The position numbers and the translations under genes were made by a program. 64,000 nt of DNA, taken from the sequence record NC_028945.1, one strand, 5' to 3'. Below are positions 19,728 to 28,088 of the stretch, piece by piece. The first letter of the stretch is position 1; each line of letters begins with the position of its first letter. The notes beneath the pieces are model-generated. The model was not told the DNA's origin. It ran no database searches and saw only the letters and a list, made by a program, of their open reading frames with translations.

Positions 19728-19978
19728 TGGAAATCTTAATTTGGATTACCATGGGATTGGTCGCGGCAGTCGGGTTTCATTGCTTCATTGCCATGATAGA
19801 AAATCGACCGTTTGACGAATTCATTCCGGCTAATGCGTTGCTATTAGTTGTTATTTGTTGTGCGTTTGGTCCGCTGGCATTGATAGTTGTTGGTGCGGTT
19901 CTGATAGGTTTGGCGATCATGTTTCTTCTGTCCAGCGCCACTATGACAAAGCGCTACCGGCTCCGGGGTCGAAAGTGA
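19727..19978 (+). CDS. Hypothetical membrane protein
   Basis: Two to three hydrophobic segments. Confidence 0.55.
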   Translation: MEILIWITMGLVAAVGFHCFIAMIENRPFDEFIPANALLLVVICCAFGPLALIVVGAVLIGLAIMFLLSSATMTKRYRLRGRK

Positions 19979-20430
19979 ACATCGGTTCAGGCTCCGGATA
20001 TCCTGCTTCGGCATTGTCGAACTTCTCCCCGCATCCCTTTGTGTTTGACGGGGTTGAAGTCGCATCACCCGAAGGATTTCTTCAAAGTTTAAAGTTCGAC
20101 AAGCCACATGTTCAGGTTGAAGTGTGTAAGCTGGTCGGCAAGGCGGCGAAGTTTCGAGGCAAGAAGCGCAACAGCAATTGGCAGCGGGTTCAGAAGCTTT
20201 GGTGGTTGGGTCAAGAGTTCGACCGGCACGGCGGCGAATACCAGCGCTTACTTGATAGGTTCTATTTCGAAATGGCGAAACAATCCGAATCATTCCGAAA
20301 GGCGTTGCTGGCGTCTGGTAATGCAACTCTCACTCACTCGATTGGTCACAACGATCCGTCGAAGACCATTTTAACCGAGCGGGAATTTTGTTCCCGCCTC
20401 ACCAGATTGAGGAAATTTTTACAGCTATGA
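19975..20430 (+). CDS. T4 gp30.3-like NADAR-family protein
   Basis: GTG 19975; YPASALSNF.PHPF.FDGV..AS.EGFLQSLKF, TLTHSIG. Confidence 0.85.
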   Translation: MNIGSGSGYPASALSNFSPHPFVFDGVEVASPEGFLQSLKFDKPHVQVEVCKLVGKAAKFRGKKRNSNWQRVQKLWWLGQEFDRHGGEYQRLLDRFYFEMAKQSESFRKALLASGNATLTHSIGHNDPSKTILTEREFCSRLTRLRKFLQL

Positions 20431-20687
20431 CAATTCTAACAACAATGATTGTCTGGTATCTGATCGGCATCGTGGGATGTGGTATCCTACAAATTTTCGA
20501 TAACATACTGGACCAAAGGCAATGGGATCGTTTCGACACTGACTCCATTGGCTACATCATCATTTTTGCGATCCTTGGACCGGTGGCTTTCTTCGCATGT
20601 GCCTTGCTTGTGCTGGCGTTTATCGCGGTCTTGCTCAAAGAGAAGGTCGGTGATCGTGAATTCTATCTCACGGGGAAGCGCAAATGA
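20427..20687 (+). CDS. Hypothetical membrane protein
   Basis: Two TM segments; ATGA overlap. Confidence 0.55.
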   Translation: MTILTTMIVWYLIGIVGCGILQIFDNILDQRQWDRFDTDSIGYIIIFAILGPVAFFACALLVLAFIAVLLKEKVGDREFYLTGKRK

Positions 20688-20878
20688 GTTTGATTACCGT
20701 CGAGGAATATCAAAAGAGGATGCGCGACCATTATGCCAGCCTTTACAAGACCGGCGTGGCGTGCCCGCATTGTGACTCCGAACTCGAATGGTCCGGTAAT
20801 GGTGCATTTTTGACCAAACCACCCAAGAAGCAAGCATATTGTACCGAGTGTACATATTCGACACTTCTCATAGTCTAA
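20684..20878 (+). CDS. Small zinc-ribbon protein
   Basis: CPHC...CTEC. Confidence 0.65.
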   Translation: MSLITVEEYQKRMRDHYASLYKTGVACPHCDSELEWSGNGAFLTKPPKKQAYCTECTYSTLLIV

Positions 20879-20900
20879 GCCGGGAAACCCCGGCTTTTTT
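20877..20900 (+). terminator. Intrinsic terminator
   Basis: AAGCCGGG-AAAC-CCCGGCTT-TTTT. Confidence 0.85.
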
Positions 20901-21025
20901 GTTTTCATTTCAAAATACCTGTTGACACGCGCATTATTTAAATCTACGTTTCGACCATGGTCCGATTGACGAATCAGTTTGCTTGCGCTACCGGGGTTCT
21001 GCCTTTCAAAAAGCAGGGGATTGCC

Positions 21026-21247
21026 ATGAGCGCCGACTGGATCGAACACGACGGACTCCAATTTCCGGGCATCGACCCGAAAACCCTTGTGTTGGTACAA
21101 TTTAGAGACGAGGCGGAAACTGACACCAACCCGCGCCCAGCGATTTATTGGGGACCGTGCTGGACACTGATCGACAGAACGTCGCCGACGTCTTCCATGA
21201 ACCGGCATTGCATCGCACGTTATCAAATAGTTGAAGGATTTATATAA
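21026..21247 (+). CDS. Hypothetical protein (WIExxG domain)
   Basis: GGGGA + ATG 21026; related to the repeat unit of 50998..51363. Confidence 0.55.
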   Translation: MSADWIEHDGLQFPGIDPKTLVLVQFRDEAETDTNPRPAIYWGPCWTLIDRTSPTSSMNRHCIARYQIVEGFI

Positions 21248-22482
21248 TGATAAAATACCTTGTGGGCGGCGCGGTCCGCGACCTGAAGATGGGCATGATG
21301 CCGAAGGACGAAGATTACGTGTGGGTCGGTGCGACTCCTGCCGATATGATCGATATGGGCATGAAGCAGGTTGGCGCGGATTTCCCGGTGTTCCTTGACG
21401 CACAAAACCGCGAACACGCACTCGCCCGGATCGAACGCAAGACCGGCGAAGGCTACAAGGGATTCGAATGCGCCTTTGACACGTCGATCACCATCGAACA
21501 AGACCTGATGCGCCGCGATCTTACCATCAACGCCATGGCAATGTTTATGGATGGTCAAATCATCGATCCGTTCGGCGGCATGGACGATCTGAAAAACAAG
21601 GTGCTTCGCCACGTCAATGCGGAAACCTTCAAGGAAGACCCGCTTCGCGTGCTGCGCGTTGCCCGTTTCCTTGCGCGGTGGAAGGATTTTGATGTCGCTC
21701 CGGAGACGTTCAAGCTGCTTCAGGAAATGGCGGCATCTGGCGAACTGAAGACGCTTCAGGCGGATCGCGTTTGGAAGGAAACGGAAAAGGCGCTGTCGGA
21801 AGAAATGCCGAGTCGGTTCTTCGTGTTCCTTCAGATGATCGGCGCGCTGAATGACGTGTTTCCGGAAGTGGCGGCACTGTTTGGGGTTCCGCAACCCTAC
21901 AAGTACCACCCGGAAGGTGATTGCTTCATTCACACGATGATGGTTCTGGACCAAATGACGGCAACTTATCATTCGCCGGTTGCCCGTTTCGCGGCTCTCT
22001 GCCACGATCTTGGCAAGGCGACGTCTGATCCGGCGAAGCTGCCTCACCACTACGGGCATGAACAGCGCGGCGAAGGAATCATCGAACGAATGGCGGAACG
22101 TCTGCCGGTTCCGAATGAATACAAGGAAATCGCGATTGCGGTTGCCAAGTACCACACTCACATTCACAACTTCGACAAGCTGAACAGCAAGACGATTGTG
22201 AAGATGTTCGATGATCTGCCACATCGCCGCTACGAAGGTGATGTGATGTGGATTCTCCCGACTGTCTCGGAATGTGATCACAAGGGACGGACGTCGTTCT
22301 TCGCGAACCGGCACTACCCGAACGCTACGAAGGCGACACAGGTGTTTCTGAAGCTGTCGCAATACAAGACGAGCGATCACAAGCCGGTTGAAGAAATCAA
22401 GGAAATGAAGCCGGAAGCAATCCGGGATTTCAACTATCGAACCAAGACGCGGATTGTCGCGGAAATGCGGGGAGTAGAATAA
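21247..22482 (+). CDS. cca: Multifunctional CCA tRNA nucleotidyltransferase with HD domain
   Basis: YLVGGAVRD, DLMRRDLTINAMA, EDPLRVLRVARF, YHPEGD...HT, LCHDLGK. Confidence 0.95.
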   Translation: MIKYLVGGAVRDLKMGMMPKDEDYVWVGATPADMIDMGMKQVGADFPVFLDAQNREHALARIERKTGEGYKGFECAFDTSITIEQDLMRRDLTINAMAMFMDGQIIDPFGGMDDLKNKVLRHVNAETFKEDPLRVLRVARFLARWKDFDVAPETFKLLQEMAASGELKTLQADRVWKETEKALSEEMPSRFFVFLQMIGALNDVFPEVAALFGVPQPYKYHPEGDCFIHTMMVLDQMTATYHSPVARFAALCHDLGKATSDPAKLPHHYGHEQRGEGIIERMAERLPVPNEYKEIAIAVAKYHTHIHNFDKLNSKTIVKMFDDLPHRRYEGDVMWILPTVSECDHKGRTSFFANRHYPNATKATQVFLKLSQYKTSDHKPVEEIKEMKPEAIRDFNYRTKTRIVAEMRGVE

Positions 22483-22697
22483 TGGGTGTTAAATCGACAG
22501 TCACAATGACGCGAAGCCAAGCGGAAGAGCGCTTCGTCGCTTACTGGCGTCGTCATACAGATCAGACAATTGCGGAAATCGCGGCTGGTTTGAACGATTA
22601 TGACCTTGAAAACGCATTGGAATACATGAATGACCAATTGAGTTACAACGGTCAAGGCTTCGACAATTACTCTATTGTACCGGATGACGAACGATGA
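22482..22697 (+). CDS. Hypothetical protein
   Basis: TAATG coupling. Confidence 0.6.
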   Translation: MGVKSTVTMTRSQAEERFVAYWRRHTDQTIAEIAAGLNDYDLENALEYMNDQLSYNGQGFDNYSIVPDDER

Positions 22698-23053
22698 AAA
22701 TTGAAGTTGGAAAGATGTACTACAATGTCATCGGCGAAGTGCGAAAGATCGTCGGGACGTTCGATGATGATCCGTATGTGTTCATCGATCATATGGGATG
22801 GACCTACACGGCGGATGGCGTCTATGATCTGATCGATACCGCTGCCGGTGTTGATCGTTATGACTTTTGGCAGGAATATCTTGTCGAAGACAAATACAGC
22901 CATCACGCAAACATGATGTGTCTTGCGCTGGAATCGGCTCTGTCCGATACCAATTGCGAGTGGTCCGACGACAAGTTCACCGAAGCACTGAACACGGTCA
23001 ATCAGTTCCGTGACTTCCTCAGACTCAAGAAATTTATCCCGGAGCGATACTGA
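22694..23053 (+). CDS. Hypothetical protein
   Basis: ATGA overlap. Confidence 0.6.
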   Translation: MKIEVGKMYYNVIGEVRKIVGTFDDDPYVFIDHMGWTYTADGVYDLIDTAAGVDRYDFWQEYLVEDKYSHHANMMCLALESALSDTNCEWSDDKFTEALNTVNQFRDFLRLKKFIPERY

Positions 23054-23055
23054 TT

Positions 23056-23110
23056 CCAAATAATTTCAAATTCTCCGGTTGACACCATCACGAATCTCTT
23101 TTAGTTTCGA
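23056..23110 (+). promoter_or_regulatory. Early promoter cassette
   Basis: AAATAATTTCAAATT...TTGAC (23079)...TTAGTTT. Confidence 0.75.
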
Positions 23111-23135
23111 ATCGTTGATAAAAGAGAGGTTCCCG

Positions 23136-23360
23136 ATGCTTTATGAACGTTTCGCCCGCGATCTTTCCGAAGAACTCTTCAATTCCGTTTATGACGATCT
23201 TATGGCGTTGGCAGAAAGCCAACAGAAATCGATCCATGCCGCGAACGGCAAAATGTATGCCGGGGAATGCCAAGAGAAGCTGAACGCATTTTGTCACGGC
23301 AAGCTGTCGCTTGGTGACGCACTCGATTTCATCAAAATTCAGAAGGCGTATGGGAAGTGA
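23136..23360 (+). CDS. Hypothetical protein
   Basis: GAGAGG + ATG 23136. Confidence 0.6.
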   Translation: MLYERFARDLSEELFNSVYDDLMALAESQQKSIHAANGKMYAGECQEKLNAFCHGKLSLGDALDFIKIQKAYGK

Positions 23361-24067
23361 GCAATCTCGACAAGGTTCGCACCAAGATCGCCGCACTGAT
23401 GGCACGCGCCAAGGACAAGGCGTCATCCGAAGCCGAAGCCAACAAGGCGCTTGCCGTTGCCCAAAAGCTGATGGCGGAACACAGCCTCACGCTGGACGAC
23501 ATCACGTCTGGTCGGGTCAACAAGTCCGACTATGTCAAAAAGACGGCGACGGACATGGTCACGATGATCGACCGTCTTTGCGGTCCGGCAATCGGGCGAT
23601 TCTGTGATGTCAAGGCATATATAAATCATGTGGAAGGCGGGCGCGTCGAATTCTATGGTTATGGCGTCGATGTGGAACTTGCCTTCTATCTCCGGGAAGT
23701 CATGAACAATACCGCCCAATACGAATTCGAGCGCTATTTCAAGGGGCTGAAGTCTCTGATCAAGGGCACTCCGGTGACTGCCGAATCGCTCCTGATGGAT
23801 TTTTGCGGCGGGTTCTCGGAACGAATCAAGGAACGCATGGAACAATTGAAGGGTGTATCGGTTTCGGACAATCCCGGCAAGGCGTTGGTCGTTCTGAAGA
23901 TGGCGCTTGTCGAGGCTGCTTTTGCCGACGAAGAAGGCATGGAGCTTAAGGATGGTGCGGAACAATCGTGGAATTATACCCGCGCCGAAGAAGCCGGTCG
24001 AAGAGCCGCCGACAAGGTGAAGCTCAACCGGTCGATTGGTGAAAACAACCTAAAGAGGATCAAGTGA
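23357..24067 (+). CDS. DUF2786-domain protein
   Basis: KIAALMARA...EA..AL..AQKLMAEH. Confidence 0.75.
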   Translation: MSNLDKVRTKIAALMARAKDKASSEAEANKALAVAQKLMAEHSLTLDDITSGRVNKSDYVKKTATDMVTMIDRLCGPAIGRFCDVKAYINHVEGGRVEFYGYGVDVELAFYLREVMNNTAQYEFERYFKGLKSLIKGTPVTAESLLMDFCGGFSERIKERMEQLKGVSVSDNPGKALVVLKMALVEAAFADEEGMELKDGAEQSWNYTRAEEAGRRAADKVKLNRSIGENNLKRIK

Positions 24068-24068
24068 A

Positions 24069-24284
24069 TTGACTCTACATGAACGACAATCCGAGAACAT
24101 GCGGCGGGCAATCGAGGAATTCCAAGGCTACGTCAACGAACTGTCGAATGGTGATCCAACATCAATGCGGATCGCCTATATCCGCAACAAGGCGGAAGTC
24201 TGCGAAGACCTGATGAACGCATGCAACAACTCGGATGCGACCCTTTCGCGGTTGCTCACCAGTGTGTTTCAGCTAACGAATTGA
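24069..24284 (+). CDS. Hypothetical protein
   Basis: ORF in + strand run. Confidence 0.5.
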   Translation: MTLHERQSENMRRAIEEFQGYVNELSNGDPTSMRIAYIRNKAEVCEDLMNACNNSDATLSRLLTSVFQLTN

Positions 24285-24291
24285 GGTTATC

Positions 24292-24570
24292 ATGGGTATT
24301 CAGCAACGCGTGGTGGAGTTTTCCGACTTCGCCAATTCGTTGGATTCCGGATGTCTTACCGAATACAAAGCCGGATGTATGTTGATCCAATTGGAAGCCA
24401 TGCCACACCTTCTGGACCATTTCGGGTGCTGTATGGCATTCGTTCAGAACTGTCTCCGGGCAGATGGCTTCAGCGACCGCGCTTGTTATATGGTCGCCGA
24501 CTATCTGAAGAAACTGGAATGGGAACCACCCGAATACATCATTGAAGGCGAAATGGTTACCCTGATGTAA
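24292..24570 (+). CDS. Hypothetical protein
   Basis: GAGG RBS. Confidence 0.55.
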   Translation: MGIQQRVVEFSDFANSLDSGCLTEYKAGCMLIQLEAMPHLLDHFGCCMAFVQNCLRADGFSDRACYMVADYLKKLEWEPPEYIIEGEMVTLM

Positions 24571-24648
24571 ATTTCGTTTCGTTTGAAATTCCTTGTTGAC
24601 AGAACACCATTATTCGAATAAATAGCTGTTCATCACAAGGAGATCAAG

Positions 24649-24789
24649 ATGAAACAACGAAATCCGATGGCGCGGGAACTCTCCCAATCCATCTACCGCA
24701 AAAAGGTCGTCAAATCCAAGAAGACCTACAACAGAAAGAAGATCGCCGGGAAACGCCATCCCGGCGATTATTTTTTGAAAGCTGCTTGA
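24649..24789 (+). CDS. 46-aa basic ArfA-like peptide (candidate ribosome-rescue factor)
   Basis: AAGGAGA RBS; MKQRNPMARELSQSIYRKKVVKSKKTYNRKKIAGKRHPGDYFLKAA; TTGAC at 24596 and ATAAATA at 24618 upstream. Confidence 0.7.
   Translation: MKQRNPMARELSQSIYRKKVVKSKKTYNRKKIAGKRHPGDYFLKAA
24742..24776 (+). terminator. Intrinsic terminator inside the ArfA-like CDS
   Basis: ATCGCCGGGA-AACGCCA-TCCCGGCGAT-TA-TTTTTT (perfect 10-bp stem); stop codon is at 24787. Confidence 0.8.
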
Positions 24790-24856
24790 TTTCTTCTCAT
24801 ACATAATTCATAACTGTCTCCAATATTTCATCCAACAATCATTGAAAATATAATCA

Positions 24857-25621
24857 TTGGCAAAACTCACGAAAGTCGAGCGACGGAATCACGCGCTCGC
24901 TGAAGACCTATTACATTCCGACAAGCCTCTTTCATGGGAAGACAAGGAATTCATCTACCGCAATTGGCATGAGGGCGCGACCCACAACAATGGCAATGCC
25001 GGTGCGTTCTTCACTCCATTCGAAATGGCGCTGGACTTCGCTTTGGAAGTCGGTGGCGGTCGGATCATCGATCTATGCGCCGGTTCCGGTATCCTGTCAT
25101 TCGGTGTCTTAACGCGACTCGGTCACTATGGCGGCTGGTCCGCACCATCCCCGGTCGAAATCGTCTGTGTCGAGTACAATCCCGATTATCTGGCGATTGG
25201 CAAGCGGCTGGTCCCGGAAGCGACATGGATCAATGCCGATGTCTTCGACGTGCTGGATATGGACCTTGGAAAGTTCGACTATGCGATTTCCAATCCGCCA
25301 TTTGGCAAGGTCAAGCGTTCAAAGAATTCGCCGGGATATTCTGGCGCGGACTTTGAATTCCATGTGATCGACATCGCTTCCCGGATCGCTGATTATGGCG
25401 TCTTCATTGTTCCTCAGAACAATGCTGGTTTCAATTATTCCGGAAAGCGCTTTTATGAGCGGCAGACCGAAGGCAAGGCTGTCAAATTCCAGCAAGACAC
25501 TGGTTTGTATTTTGAATGCGGCATTGGCGTTGACACATCGATCTTCCGCAATGAATGGAAGGGTGTCAGTCCGGCAACAGAGATTGTCTCTGTCACTTTC
25601 AATCCCAATGACATCGGATAA
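24857..25621 (+). CDS. SAM-dependent amino-methyltransferase (probably DNA N6-adenine type)
   Basis: GAFFTP, IIDLCAGSG (motif I), ISNPPF (motif IV); TTG start. Confidence 0.85.
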   Translation: MAKLTKVERRNHALAEDLLHSDKPLSWEDKEFIYRNWHEGATHNNGNAGAFFTPFEMALDFALEVGGGRIIDLCAGSGILSFGVLTRLGHYGGWSAPSPVEIVCVEYNPDYLAIGKRLVPEATWINADVFDVLDMDLGKFDYAISNPPFGKVKRSKNSPGYSGADFEFHVIDIASRIADYGVFIVPQNNAGFNYSGKRFYERQTEGKAVKFQQDTGLYFECGIGVDTSIFRNEWKGVSPATEIVSVTFNPNDIG

Positions 25622-25627
25622 TAAATA
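25621..25627 (+). promoter_or_regulatory. T4-type late promoter
   Basis: ATAAATA 32 nt upstream of ATG 25660. Confidence 0.65.
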
Positions 25628-25659
25628 ACTTTTTAAGTTTTATTCATTGGGAGCAATAG

Positions 25660-26412
25660 ATGTCTCTACTCAAAGAGTTTCGGGAATATCAAAAGGCGCT
25701 TCAGGAACAGGCACTTTTAGCCGAGACCGATGCTTATTTCGAAGCCTACGATCAAATGTACGATCAGCTTGAAGAAGCTGTTGTTTTGAATGAGAATACA
25801 CTTGTCAATCCGGCATTTTCTCCGGGTGAGAAGCTTGCCGAACTTGGAACTCTTGCCAAGCAGATTGCTGGTGGCATCATTTCCAAAGCTGACATTGCCG
25901 ACAAGCTTGGTAGTGTTTACGACAAGTTTAAGAATTTCTTCGAATCGGTTAAAGACAAGTTCAAGACGATCCTTCAGAAAGCCGCCAACAAATTTTCAAA
26001 CACCAAAATCCTTGCCCAATTGAAGCCGCTGAAATCCTTGCTGGATAAGGTCGATGGTCGCGGCAAGAGCCTGTCGAGTATTACTGACTTGGTGCGCGGC
26101 GCGGCGATTTTTGAAGATCGCGAGGATGCCGAAAAATTCGTCAAAGACCTTCAGCGCAAGCATGGCGACAAGATCGTTGAGTTTGTCGAAAAGACCAAAG
26201 GCAGTGATATGGTGTATGGTTATTATGGTACATACCATCTGCTTATCGAGATTGACGGCATCATTTGTGAAATTCAGGTTGCCACGAAGAAGCTTTGGAA
26301 GCAGAAGAAGCTTGCTCATAAGGTTTACACTGCTACGCGTTCAAGCTCTGATGGTCCGTCGAAGGAAGATTCCCAACTGTCCAAGCGTCTCTTCAGCAAA
26401 GGAAATCGGTAG
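25660..26412 (+). CDS. RelA/SpoT-like (small alarmone synthetase fold) nucleotidyltransferase with Glu-rich N-terminal extension
   Basis: LKPLKSLLDK, ITDLVRG, GYYGTYH, CEIQVAT, AHKVY in RSH synthetase order. Confidence 0.75.
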   Translation: MSLLKEFREYQKALQEQALLAETDAYFEAYDQMYDQLEEAVVLNENTLVNPAFSPGEKLAELGTLAKQIAGGIISKADIADKLGSVYDKFKNFFESVKDKFKTILQKAANKFSNTKILAQLKPLKSLLDKVDGRGKSLSSITDLVRGAAIFEDREDAEKFVKDLQRKHGDKIVEFVEKTKGSDMVYGYYGTYHLLIEIDGIICEIQVATKKLWKQKKLAHKVYTATRSSSDGPSKEDSQLSKRLFSKGNR

Positions 26413-26496
26413 AGAATTTCGTTTTATTTCAAGTTACCCTGTTGACATCGGGAACAATATGTCCTACAAAGACATAGAAACAAAAGAGAGTTCCCG

Positions 26497-26892
26497 ATGT
26501 CCGAAAAAATCTCGTTCGAAGTTGACAGCTTGACCTACGTCGTAGAGTTTGACAACAACGAATTTTTCCTGTACGTCGATGGCACCAAAGCCAAGACCAA
26601 GATCGCCGAAGAAGTTGAGTTTGACGGCTTTGATTTCTTCGAAGAAACATCACACAACGTCATGAAGTCTTCCGAGTTAGTCAAGGCGAAGTCGCCGCTC
26701 AAGATTTTCAAGAACGTCTTGAAGTTTGTCGAAGACATGATCGGCAAGCACAAGCCGCACTTCTTCTTCTTCGCTGCCAATGAAGAAAAGAAGATCAGTC
26801 TGTATTCGACCGTTGCCCAACAAATCGCCAAGAAGAGCGAATATTATCTTCAGGCAGACGGCGGTAGCTTCTACTTCTACAAGCAAGCCTAA
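26497..26892 (+). CDS. Hypothetical early protein
   Basis: Promoter cassette with TTGAC at 26442. Confidence 0.7.
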   Translation: MSEKISFEVDSLTYVVEFDNNEFFLYVDGTKAKTKIAEEVEFDGFDFFEETSHNVMKSSELVKAKSPLKIFKNVLKFVEDMIGKHKPHFFFFAANEEKKISLYSTVAQQIAKKSEYYLQADGGSFYFYKQA

Positions 26893-26915
26893 CGCCACTT
26901 TCACAAAAGGAATTT

Positions 26916-27128
26916 TTGATTTTGCTTGACATCTATCCAGAAATGGTTAGAGCGTTCTTCCTCGTCCTGATTATGAATCCATCAGGCGACCCCGCCATGA
27001 CCACCATTCCCATCTCATATGAAACGCGCATCGCATGCGAAGAAGCCGGTATTAAGTGGCTGAAGGATATGCCGCGCTCCAATGATTTTTATTGTGTCTA
27101 TCACGAGACTCGCAAGGATTTGAAATGA
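26916..27128 (+). CDS. Small putative exported protein
   Basis: Hydrophobic N-terminus, two Cys. Confidence 0.5.
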   Translation: MILLDIYPEMVRAFFLVLIMNPSGDPAMTTIPISYETRIACEEAGIKWLKDMPRSNDFYCVYHETRKDLK

Positions 27129-27334
27129 ATATAAGATTTCCTATTTTTGAGAAAGACCCGGAGACCCCGTTTGAGTACATCATGGGCGCGGCGCTGATTA
27201 TTCTCGCTATCGTGTCTGGTATGGCAATTATCGCCGCATCGATCTTCTTTCTTGGATTCTGGTCAATTCCGATCTATGGAGTGATTGTGCTCGCCATCGC
27301 CTTCTATAAAGGCTATATTAAGTTCGAAAAATGA
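27125..27334 (+). CDS. Small membrane protein
   Basis: Two TM segments; ATGA overlaps. Confidence 0.55.
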   Translation: MNIRFPIFEKDPETPFEYIMGAALIILAIVSGMAIIAASIFFLGFWSIPIYGVIVLAIAFYKGYIKFEK

Positions 27335-27801
27335 GCCGCTATCATCCCTACGATTGCCAGTCATGCGGCGCTCCCATCGGCTATCTTGGTCGGTTCTTCA
27401 AATGGGTTCATTTCCCCGGCTCACATCAGTGTAAGAACACGCTTGATCCCTATAAATACAAGCAGATTCTTGTGGTCCGCAAAGACCTGAACATGCGCAA
27501 GGGAAAAATCGCCGCACAATGCGCGCACGCGACCCTTGCCGCCTATCTCGAAAATTCAAGCGATGAACGCATGGTGGCATGGCTCAAAGGACCATTCACC
27601 AAGATTTGCGTATCCGTCGATTCTGAAGCAGACATCTTGCGAGTGGAGCGACAAGCCAAGGCAAATGGTCTGATCACCAGAATGATCATAGACGCCGGTA
27701 GGACCGAATTTAATGGTGTTCCAACCCGGACGGTGCTCGCGGTCGGTCCCGACACTCACGAAGCTCTACAGCCGATTACAGGAGATTTGAAACTACTATG
27801 A
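27331..27801 (+). CDS. pth2: Peptidyl-tRNA hydrolase type 2 with N-terminal Cys/His extension
   Basis: KQILVVRKDL.MRKGKIAAQCAHA, KICVSV, IDAGRTEF, TVLAVGP, TGDLKLL. Confidence 0.93.
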   Translation: MSRYHPYDCQSCGAPIGYLGRFFKWVHFPGSHQCKNTLDPYKYKQILVVRKDLNMRKGKIAAQCAHATLAAYLENSSDERMVAWLKGPFTKICVSVDSEADILRVERQAKANGLITRMIIDAGRTEFNGVPTRTVLAVGPDTHEALQPITGDLKLL

Positions 27802-28088
27802 TGTCAGACAAAGAACTCACCGGCACATTGGTACTGATCGACCGCTACAAAGGGATGATGGCGAAACATTACATCATCCCGGTCCAAAGCGAAGGCGGCA
27901 TCGGTATCCAGCATGCCGGTTGGATGTTGGAAGAATTGGAAAAGAAAATTCATAGCGGCGATCCGGCTTTTGATGACGGCAAGTGTGGGCGTTGGGTTGG
28001 TTTCATTCAGCATGCGCTCGCTGTCGCGGGCTTCACCACGGTCAAGGAAGAACGCGATTTTTCAAGACCTTATTTTAGGAAAGACTAA
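27798..28088 (+). CDS. Hypothetical protein
   Basis: KCGRWVGFIQ motif common in phage proteins. Confidence 0.65.
   Translation: MMSDKELTGTLVLIDRYKGMMAKHYIIPVQSEGGIGIQHAGWMLEELEKKIHSGDPAFDDGKCGRWVGFIQHALAVAGFTTVKEERDFSRPYFRKD

Noticed and set aside
24857-25621. Methyltransferase as PrmC/HemK acting on release factors (tempting next to the ArfA-like gene)
   Set aside because: GAFFTP before motif I is typical of DNA adenine methyltransferases and no PrmC N-terminal domain is apparent; not excluded without a profile search.
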